From assembly GCA_918797485.1 (NCBI GenBank), contig CAKKNE010000006.1, forward strand, positions 3,100,001 to 3,164,000: a DNA stretch of 64,000 nt, given 5' to 3'. Each line of letters begins with the position of its first letter. Position 1 is the first letter of the stretch. Position numbers and translations under genes: made by a program. This stretch comes from Pelagomonas calceolata (lineage: Eukaryota). The notes beneath the pieces are model-generated. The model ran no database searches, was not told the DNA's origin, and was given only the letters and a program-made list of their open reading frames with translations. Shown here piece by piece: positions 39,043 through 48,400 of this stretch.

Positions 39043-40287
39043 ATGCCGTGGGTCTGCTGCAGCGCGAAAAACGACGTCGCCGACGACAGCAATCTAAAAC
39101 CGGCCTCGAGCGACGAGGATTTGTTGAGGAGCGCGAGCGAGCCGTATCACGAAGATGAAAAGACGCCCTTCGTGCCGCTGCGGGGGCGCGTCGTCGATCG
39201 AAGATTGGAGCAGCGCGGGACGTTGTTGAGGCCGCCTCCCGAAAAGAACGCCGACCACGCCGAGTGCGACCCGTTAAAGGAAGACGAACTGGCCTTCGCG
39301 GACGCGATCAAGGACAAGCTCAGTCCCGAAGGCCGCCAACTCATCGAGGACGAGGCCGCGTCCCACGCTCTCATAAGAACCGTAAGAGGCTACTGGACTT
39401 ATGATGATCGAGAAAATGAGGCCTGCAAGTCCCTCGAGGCCTTTGTGGAGCTACGAAGGAAGTACGACCTCAATGAACTCGCCAGAGGAGATCAAAAGAC
39501 GATGCGTGAGGCTCTTAGATTACTCAGGCAGTGGCGCTCGATGAGATTTGCGGGGTTTGATGTCTATGGTCATCCCATCGTGGTAGAAAGGGTCGGCCAA
39601 TCCTTAAAATTGACAGATAAAAAGGACATAGAAAAAGAGGAAATTATTAAAGGAAGGGCCGTCTGCACGGAGTTGTTCCAGGCGCTGAAGTACGCCGCCT
39701 CGAAGCACCACGACCCGGCAGATCCCAACAAAACAAAGGTGCTGAAACATATCTATGTGGTCGACATGAGGAACGTCAGGACGTGGCACGTCACGTCGAG
39801 GTGTCGAGACCGCTTCCGGAGCATCATGCAGACCATGGAGTTATCTTATCCCGAGGTCGCGTGGCGGACGTACGTCGTCAATGCGCCAAAGTACCTTACA
39901 ATCATCTGGGTCGTCATCAAGTCCTGGCTCGACCCCGTGACGACGTCGCGCGTGGCTATTCTGGGTACGGACCAGAAGAAAGTTCGTGAAAGGTTGCTGG
40001 CTGATAATATACCGCTCGACGCGATTCCCGCGTGTTGTGGGGGGGAGTCGCGGGACGTGCCCCTGTCCTTGCTGCTCGGGTCGCACGACTCGTCGACGGT
40101 GTCGCACCTGTCGGAGCTGATCACGCCTTTGAATGGAACGTCGCCAAAGGAGGTCGTGGTGGCTTCGGAGGTCGTCGAGAAGGCGCCGGTGGCGGAGGAG
40201 CCGACGACGTCGCCGCGGCTCAAGGCCATCGCGCTGGCCGTCGTCGCGGCGGGCGCGGTCGGCGGCGCAACCATGCTGGGCGCCTAG
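39043..40287 (+). CDS. CRAL-TRIO/SEC14 protein with a C-terminal membrane anchor
   Basis: GFDVYGHPIVVER, YPEVAWRTYVVNAP, WLDPVT, IPACCGG; hydrophobic tail. Confidence 0.88.
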   Translation: MPWVCCSAKNDVADDSNLKPASSDEDLLRSASEPYHEDEKTPFVPLRGRVVDRRLEQRGTLLRPPPEKNADHAECDPLKEDELAFADAIKDKLSPEGRQLIEDEAASHALIRTVRGYWTYDDRENEACKSLEAFVELRRKYDLNELARGDQKTMREALRLLRQWRSMRFAGFDVYGHPIVVERVGQSLKLTDKKDIEKEEIIKGRAVCTELFQALKYAASKHHDPADPNKTKVLKHIYVVDMRNVRTWHVTSRCRDRFRSIMQTMELSYPEVAWRTYVVNAPKYLTIIWVVIKSWLDPVTTSRVAILGTDQKKVRERLLADNIPLDAIPACCGGESRDVPLSLLLGSHDSSTVSHLSELITPLNGTSPKEVVVASEVVEKAPVAEEPTTSPRLKAIALAVVAAGAVGGATMLGA

Positions 40288-40316
40288 TATTAAACTGTGT
40301 AGTGAGTGATATTTCA

Positions 40317-40560
40317 TTAGGATGTCCCCGGCGACGGCGTCTCGCGGGCGGCGAGCGCTGCACGCGACTTTTGTATGTGGTACTCAAATCCCGCTACGGT
40401 CGGATGCTGGCCACCGTACACCCGGCGGGCGCCCCGTGCCGAATCCTCGAGCGTGTTCACGGCTTCGCGGAGATCGGCGAGCGTGGCGTCGCTGTCTTTG
40501 TAGTGCGCCTCCGCGTAAATCCACTGCATCTGGAGTTGGATGCTAACTCGAACGCCGAGG
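40317..40560 (-). pseudogene. 3' fragment of a TPR-like repeat-family gene
   Basis: LREAVNTLEDSARGARRVYGGQHPTV...ARETP followed by a stop; no convincing 5' part. Confidence 0.55.
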
Positions 40561-41172
40561 GCGGGGCGCATGAACGCAAGTCGCTCCGGCGGCCGCAGTT
40601 CGCCGAGGGGCAAGACGACATCCTCAACATGCTGCCGATCCGCGCGGCGCCGGTGCCGCCCGTGCGCGGGGCGCAGCTGACGCCGCCGGCGCCCGCGGCG
40701 GGGCCCGAGCCGGTGGAGCCGACGGCGCCGCCGGCGCCCGCTCCGTGGCCGGCTCCTTCCGATTTAATCCCGCCGGTCGTGGCGGCGGCGGTGCCGCCCG
40801 CGCCGACTACGTCGACGGTTCCGCCCGTTGTGGCGGCAGCGGGCCCGTCCGCGCCTATTGCGCCGACGGTCCCGCCCGTCGTCGTGGCGGCTGCGAAGCC
40901 GCCCGCGTCTATTGCCGACTACGTGACGGCGGCGGTGCCGGCTACGACGATCCCGCCTGTCGTGACGGCGGCGCCTCCTCCTCCGGCCCCCGTGCCCACT
41001 ACGTCGACGGGCCCCGAGCCGGCCGCGCTGCCGTCGCCGGAGCAGTCGCCGCCCGCCGCCGGAGTCTGAAACACCTCCTCTCCGTGTAATATTTCCCCAC
41101 GAATACTGCATTGCCGCCCGTCGCGCCGCCGACGACGAATCGGCAATGCGCAGTGAATGAACACACAGACTA

Positions 41173-42624
41173 TTACCGCTCGCCCCCGAAGACCAGCGTG
41201 TGCGCTTCGCGGGGCGTCCGCCGTAAGGAAAGCGGCTCGGACCGCCGCGGTGTAAGAGGCCGCGCAAGATGCGCTTGCAAGGGATCGAAGACCGACGAGT
41301 ACACGGCCCGCCGCCGGCAGGCGACGGGGTCGTGGTCGTTGTCCCTCAAATTCTCCAGGTACGCGTCGAAGACCTCGGCCTCGCCCGAGTACGGCATCGT
41401 GCCCTCCGTGCCGCTCTGCGCCACGGTCCGCTTAAATGATACCGGTTGTTCCGTGCCGTCCTCGAGGAGCAGCTGCTGGTCCCGTTTCCTCTCGTTCTCC
41501 GACCACGTCGCGTGGGTCGCCTCGGCGTGCCTTTTGAGCTTTTCGCCCGTCATCATGTCGACGATCTGGAGCCTTTCTTTAATAAGTTGGGACATGCCCG
41601 GGCCTCGTTCACTATCCTCGGCCGCTCTTCTACGATATTCCTTGAGGCCTGTTTCCCAGTGCGCGCCACTCCAAGTTCGAGGTGGTAATTCATCGACGTC
41701 GATGTTCCGGGCCTTGGCTTCCAACTTGCGACAGTAGGTCACAAACTCTTTATGGCCGTAATATTCCGCGGTAGCTTCGGGCAGCCAGTTGTCGCCGTCC
41801 GACGCCTCGAAGAGCGGTAAACCGCCTTTCTCGAGCAACGCCTCGGCGACTTCCACCAGGCCTCGCTCCGCGGCGAGGTGCATGGGGGTGCGCCCCTGGG
41901 CGTCGCAGGCCTTCCAGTCCGCGCCTCCTCGCAGTAAACATCTAGCGGCATCGCCTCTTGTGACCAAGTGGAGCGGTGTCGACTTGCAGCCTTTGGTGGT
42001 CCCATTGGGCTTCGCGCCGGCCCTCAACAACACATTGATGGAGTCCGCCGAGCCCGCCGACGCCGCCAGGTGCAGGGCCCGCCAGCCCTGCGGCATCGTC
42101 ACGGACTCTAGGAGCGCGCCTCGCTTCACTAAAACCTCCACCGCTCTATAATTGCCGGCGACCGCCGCGACGTGCAAGGGCCCGAAGCCCAAATCGTCCC
42201 GTTTGTTCACGGGCCCTTCCGGCCCCGCCAACCACCGATCTCTCGCCGCCGGCGCCATATCCCCGCAGTGCTTGCGCACTACACCATCGAGATACCCCTC
42301 GATCTGCTGCGCGCGCATCGCGCCGACGACGTCAGGTAACGCTAAAGGTCGCGAGGCGTCGGGCCGCCCGTACGACGCCGGCCTCCCGCAGCAGCGGCAC
42401 TTGAAAGCACTGGCGACGTTGTCCTGGGCGCAGCAGTGGCACTGCCAGGGCTCGCCGGGCGCGACGCCGTCGCCCCGCCTCGTAAAGTTGCGGGCCTCGG
42501 TCCGGTCCTTCTCGGCCAGCGACTGCCCCAGCAACGCGTCTCGTCTTGACACCGAGTGGTCCTTGAGGCCCAGATTCATGGTCACCGAGGCGTGCTGGGC
42601 CAGGAGGTCCTCGAGCTCATCCAT
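41173..42624 (-). CDS. RanBP2-type zinc finger + ankyrin-repeat protein
   Basis: WQCHCCAQDN...CRCCG; GPLHVAA, ALHLAA, TPLHL and TPMHLAA. Confidence 0.85.
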   Translation of the reverse strand: MDELEDLLAQHASVTMNLGLKDHSVSRRDALLGQSLAEKDRTEARNFTRRGDGVAPGEPWQCHCCAQDNVASAFKCRCCGRPASYGRPDASRPLALPDVVGAMRAQQIEGYLDGVVRKHCGDMAPAARDRWLAGPEGPVNKRDDLGFGPLHVAAVAGNYRAVEVLVKRGALLESVTMPQGWRALHLAASAGSADSINVLLRAGAKPNGTTKGCKSTPLHLVTRGDAARCLLRGGADWKACDAQGRTPMHLAAERGLVEVAEALLEKGGLPLFEASDGDNWLPEATAEYYGHKEFVTYCRKLEAKARNIDVDELPPRTWSGAHWETGLKEYRRRAAEDSERGPGMSQLIKERLQIVDMMTGEKLKRHAEATHATWSENERKRDQQLLLEDGTEQPVSFKRTVAQSGTEGTMPYSGEAEVFDAYLENLRDNDHDPVACRRRAVYSSVFDPLQAHLARPLTPRRSEPLSLRRTPREAHTLVFGGER

Positions 42625-43002
42625 TGTGAGTCGTGGGGCTGCCTCGTTCGATGAGTGACCGCCCAAAATCTGCTCATGGCTCTGGGCGCTGCGACCCGTT
42701 TTTTGTGGTTTTTGCGGTCGGCGGCGCAGCAGCGGGCCCCGTGGCTCTAGGGCACCTATAGATCACTAGCCGAGCGGGTAGCGGCACTTAGACAAACGAC
42801 CTGCTTCACAGGTTTGAGCATTGGGCGCTGGCGCTGTGCGCAGCGCGCAGCGCACACGGCCGCCGGGGCTGCCCAACGACTCTAATCGACCAGTCTGAGG
42901 CTCAAGGATGCTGCCCGGTGACCGATCTGAGCGCTGCCGTGAGCGGTGAGTCCGCTCGTGCACGCTATTGACTGAAGCTCTCACGACCTTGGCGCGCAGC
43001 CC

Positions 43003-44458
43003 ATGGACCTCAAAGTGAGCCCGGCAGCCGAGGACACACCAGAAGCAAAAGCACCGCTGCTGGACCTCGAAGCCGTCGAGCGACGGGTTCGGACCCTCGA
43101 GACCGACGCCCGGACGCCCGATGAGCCGACGCTGCACCATCTCGCGACGCGCGAGCCCACCAGTTTTCACCAGACCACAATATACTACGGGTTGCAACGC
43201 GAGGACACGCCGCCGTGGCGCAAGTACGGGCTCCTGGCCACTAGTATCGGAATCGTGTTTCTGCAGTGCTTCGTCGCTGTTGGACTTGCCCACGGGGTCA
43301 CCTTTAGCACGTGCAGCGAGCATTCCGATTGCTCACGCGGCACGTTCTGCGAGGGGGGCATGTGTGAATGGTGCTATGGGCCACTCAGACCATGCTGTCA
43401 AACCAACTCGACAGACACCTGCGTGCTGGACGAAAAGCAAACAACAGAAGAAGGAGGATTTAGCGATGAATTGAGAGAAGAGAAGAATAGGGAAGCTATG
43501 TGCGCCGCGTGCACGACCAGCAAAGGATTCGAGACTCTGCAGGACGTTGTGAAGGACCGGATGGAATCCATGATGCTTCAGGACTGGCTGACGCTCTTCT
43601 TGGCATCGTTAGTCGTCGCCTGTGCATAAATCAACCAGTGAGCGTCGATGGCCGATGCGACGATTCAGCACGAACGCGCCTGAAATTTTGATTTATGCAC
43701 AGGTCGTCGCGTTCGCCGTGTTCGCAGAGATACGGGATTGTATGCTGTGCGAGATCGCCTTGCGAGAAATATCAAAGCGGCGGGAAGTCCCACGAGGCTG
43801 GCGATATGCCATAAATGGCCTTAATTATGCCAGGTATATCTGTCTGCTTCCAAATATAATTTACTCAGTCATGGCACTTGTATATGAGGACGGCGGGCGA
43901 GTGAAATACTTGTGTCTCAATACCGTTGCAGTACTCTTTTTGTTAGAGGTGGATAACCTGGCGTTTCTGCACGGTCTCGGCGAGCGCACCCGCATGGAAG
44001 CAGAGCAACATGCTCATTCGGGGGCACGCGTCACGGAAGATGACCTGCAGCTCATGGGCGTGGTAAAGCTCGTGTGCGTGATCCTCATCCCCTGCACCGT
44101 TCTCGTCGGCGTCTGTGGCCATAGCTGGGTTCCGGACGAGCCCGACACTTTTATTATTGCGTTTTTTCCTTTACCGTCTATTGCCGTGCTGTTCGTGCAG
44201 CGTGTGATGGCGAGTAGACGCAAGCTCAAGGGGGCCTGCAGCGGGCTCGGCTGGGCAATTCTCAACTACTCTATGTATGGCGTATGGGGGGGTTGTTTTT
44301 ACGCGGTGACGTACATGCAAGCCCAGGGACCAGAGGTCGTTCTTAGTTGGGGACCATTGCCATATGCGCTCGCGGCGATGCTTGCACTGACGCTCGTCAT
44401 ATCGATTCTCACGGATTTCCCACCCTCGCCGTCGACTGCGTCTTCGGGATTGTCATGA
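43003..44458 (+). CDS. Multipass membrane protein with a Cys-rich loop
   Basis: Two ORFs joined by introner intron 43612-43702; many TM segments; LNTVAVLFLLEVDN. Confidence 0.8.
43612..43702 (+). mobile_element. Introner intron (element 43620-43702)
   Basis: Perfect TSD gtcgtcgc and perfect 15-bp TIR ctgtgcataaatcaa / ttgatttatgcacag. Confidence 0.95.
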
Positions 44459-44700
44459 CGCGCGCGTTTCATCCGCGGAAGTAAGTTTTATTTCTAACAA
44501 GCGCCCGCGATAGATACATATTATCCCATTTTTCTAGTGTGTTACAGACCGCTATCTCGATGCCTTGTGCTTTTTTAGCCTCATCATCAGCGCATGCTGG
44601 GAGCTAGAAAGCGTAGAGCAGCGCTTTGCTGTGTTTGAGACTACTTCCAATCATAGATTAGCTGCACAAGTGCGGTGCTGCAAGGCTGCCAGAGAGCCTC

Positions 44701-45375
44701 ATGCTTGCCATCGCGCGCGTCGCGCCGCGCGCCGCGCCGTGCACCACGCTCCGTCTGGCCGCGCACGCTTCGCGAACTGCGTTGCGCGTTGCAGCGCCCA
44801 CTCCACGGCGACCGCTTGCGGGCCGCGCGCGGCGCCCGAAACGACGAGGCCCAGCGAAACCACCGCCGCACAAAGCGCCGGAGACGAGCAAGCCGCCGCC
44901 GTGGACGGGCTGGTGGAAGGACGAGGCGCCGCCCGACGGCGAGAGCGTGGGGCGCACCTTGTGGGGCCTCGCGAAGTTCGGGTTCTACTTCTGGGGCGTC
45001 ACGACGTACGTCGTCGACCTCACGCTCTGCACGGGGCCGTCGATGGAGCCGACGCTGAACGCCAACAGCGACCTCGTGTTGCTGGATCGCGTGTCGCCGC
45101 GGCTCGGCCGCATCGCGACGGGCGACATCGTGGTGGCCGACTCGCCGACGCGGCCCGGCGAGACGGTCTGCAAGCGCGTGGCCGCCGTCGCGGGCGAGCG
45201 CATCCCGGGCAGCTTTTTCGCCGACGTCGTGCCCCCGGGCTGCGTCTGGCTGCTGGGCGACAACCGCCGCAACTCGACGGACTCGCGCATCTATGGGCCC
45301 GTGCCGACGGACGTCATAAAGGGACGGGTCGTTTTGCGAGTCTGGCCGCTGGACCAGGCGCGCTTTTTTATTTAG
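44701..45375 (+). CDS. IMP1: Mitochondrial inner membrane protease subunit 1 (peptidase S26)
   Basis: Arg-rich presequence; GPSMEPTL, VCKRV, VWLLGDN, STDSRIYGPVP and RVWP. Confidence 0.9.
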   Translation: MLAIARVAPRAAPCTTLRLAAHASRTALRVAAPTPRRPLAGRARRPKRRGPAKPPPHKAPETSKPPPWTGWWKDEAPPDGESVGRTLWGLAKFGFYFWGVTTYVVDLTLCTGPSMEPTLNANSDLVLLDRVSPRLGRIATGDIVVADSPTRPGETVCKRVAAVAGERIPGSFFADVVPPGCVWLLGDNRRNSTDSRIYGPVPTDVIKGRVVLRVWPLDQARFFI

Positions 45376-45431
45376 GAGTGTAGGAATGTATATTGTGGTG
45401 CTTACTAGATCACCACCAAAGTATGCCACGC

Positions 45432-48400
45432 CTAGCAGCCACCTGGAGCATCATCATCTCCGTAGTAGTATCCGTCGTCGTCATCCGAGCAGGCGTCCGG
45501 CAGCGCGGCGACGGCCGAGTCGCGCGCGATGATGTAGCCGCCCCAACCTGCGTCTGACACGCACTGGCAATCGTCCTGGCAGAAGCACCAGCCGTCGTCC
45601 TCCCACCAGTCAATTGCCACGAGAGCGTCGCCGAACTCGTCTATGCATATATTCCAGCAGTCGACCGGCGACGCCGCGCAGCCCATATCCTGATCCAGGT
45701 CGCTGTAACACCAGCCTGCGTCTCCGTGGTTCGTCGTGCCGCTCAGTGAGGAGGTGATGTCGCCCGACAGCTCGCAGCTTCCATCGGTTACGCCCTGACA
45801 CGTTTCATGATACCCGCATGTCCAAACCCCCTCGCATTCATCGATGGTACCATCGAGGTCATTGTCCCAACCCCACGAGCCCGTTGCCGGGTTACACCTA
45901 GGAAAGCCGCCCATAGCCACCGTTAAGTCGTACGGATCACAGCCTGAGTTATCACAGGAGTCGCACCTCTCTCCGTGCCACATATGTCCGTTGTCGAGGC
46001 ACTCCATCGTATAGAAGCCGCTCTGACATCGGCCTTCACATGGATTGTCGCTGGTGCACGTGCCTTGATACTCGACGCCGCCGAGGTCGACGTCTCTCGT
46101 GTAACACACGGTTTTGCTCCCAGTGAGCGCGTCGATCGTATGCGGCGTACCGACTGGTCGGAGGTAGCACTTTTGGATTTCTCCGCCGACGCATTCGCAA
46201 AGACTGCCGTCGCCCGAAATTATGGCGGCCTTCGACCAGGTCATCCCCGCGCACTGGTTGAGGCAGTCTTGGGGCGTGCTAGCGGGCAGGAACATTTCTG
46301 TCAGGTACTCCACGTGCGGGCCCTCCGTGTAATCATAGCAATCTCTTGCCCGGAAGGATAGGTCCAGGGAGGAGTAATCTGGAGGATCCATCCGCGCAAA
46401 CATGGAGCAATGGGCCTTGCGCCAACCGGTGCCCTCATCATCCGACCAACACGAATAGCCATCACCTAGGTGAAAGTCGTCATCTTGACCGTCGCACCGT
46501 TCGTCTAAAATGTATGAGTCGCAGACGCCCTCTTCACACATAAGGAAAGGCTGGTCGCAGCCCGGTGTAGCCGCGCAGTCCGCGTAGCAGCTCGATTTTG
46601 CCTCACAGTCCTCGTCGGTCTCGCAGTAGCCGTCCAGGTCGTTGCCCCACTCGTTGCAAAATCCAGTTCCCTCCTCCCCTAATTCTTTATCCTCACACCA
46701 ATCGAAATCGGCGCACCACTCGTCGACGGGTTCATCGGCGCACTCCACCGACAGGACGTAATCGCCGGCAGCAGACGCGCCACGCTCGTTGTCCTCCCAG
46801 CACTCCTGGTCCGCATGTCCGGTGACCTGCAGCACATACGTCTCGCCGGCATCTAGTGGCCCTCTGGTCCAGACATTCTCGAATTCCCTGGACGAACTTG
46901 GAGATTTAAACACGCAGGTCTCCCATCCTTTATCGTTCCACGTTCCGAGCACGTTCGCGTGACCCGCGCCCGGTGCTGGCGCCCGCAGGCAGGTGTCAAG
47001 GGTACTGGAATCCTGTACCTGATATAGGTATAACATCGTATCGAAACTCGATCCGCAGGTCGAGAAGTGATAGTACGCGGTCTCAGAAGGCGTGATCAAA
47101 TAGAAGTGATCGGGCGCGTCGTTGCCTGAGAGCCAGTGCGCCTCGTGAACCGTGGAACCAGTTCGAGTCTCTCCGCACGCGATAGTCTGGACAGGAAGTG
47201 ACGACGTCGGGGCCAGCGACGACGTCGGAACGGCGGTGGTCGGGGCTCGAGAAGGCTCTGGCGAGAACGTCGGCGGGGCTGTGACACCGCCTACGTAGAT
47301 GCGCGTAAACGAAGGCTCGTCGCGGCAATGGCCTAACGCTCCTTCCAACTGATGTTTGGCGTTGCAGACTGCCCCCGACGACCATTTGGTGGCGCCGAGG
47401 CCTAAGAAGCTATCTGATGACATGCAGTTCTCGAGTTCATTAAACCAGATCCCGAGGCGAAGTCTGCAGCTATAGTCCGAAACTTCAACATAACAGCCGT
47501 CCGCGGCCACGTTAAAGCCCTGGCGGTTGCAGTTTTCTTGGTACCCCGCGTTCGGCACGAGGCCGCGCCATTCTTCTAAACTGGCCGACGTTTTCGTGTA
47601 GCCACCGGCAAATAATTCTTTCAGGCTCTTCGGGTGACTGAGCTCGATGATAAGCGTCCTCTCCTCGGACCCCGTCCGCATCAGGACCGTAAACGTGGTC
47701 GAAGGCGTGAAGAATGCGTCCGTCTTCGACTCTCCGCCCTCGTCCAAAAGCTCGTCGTTTGTCCAGAGCGGCGCATCGTAGTAGAAAGTGTCTTTCGTGC
47801 CATCGATTGCCAGAGCCAGAGGCAGGTCCAGGTCCATGGTCGGCTTTGGTGAAACGGAGGGCGCCACCGTCGTCGGTTGTGGCGTCGGCCACGTCCAGGC
47901 GGAGCCCTCGGCCAGCTCGCAGACGAAGGGATGCCGGACCTCCATATCGCAGAATGTGGCGTGCCATTGTCCAAGTGTGGACTGATAGGCGCAATCGAAG
48001 CCCTGGGAGGCGCCCGGGCGCTTGTACCATTCACTGAACGTCGTCGCGTCGCCGGAGGTCCACTTCCAGGACCCGTCGCCTCCCTGCCTGTCGTAGCCGA
48101 TCCAGAAGTCTCGACATCCCATGAGTTCGTTCATCGCGTCCAGGTCCGCCTCGGATCTAATGGTCACTAGGTGCGCGCTGCCGGACGCCCTCACCCACGG
48201 GCTCTCGCAGTACTTCTTCGCATCGTTCCAGGAGAGTTCGATCCCCTCCGGGACATAGTACGAATCCAGCTGTTCGTCAGTGACAGTCGTGCATTGGTCC
48301 GGGATCCCATAGCACGAACACGGCGTGATGTGAGGAATGTGTCGATATTCGCTGCAGAAGAGTTCGTCTCGGTCAACTCTCACGTGGATACCAGCACCGT

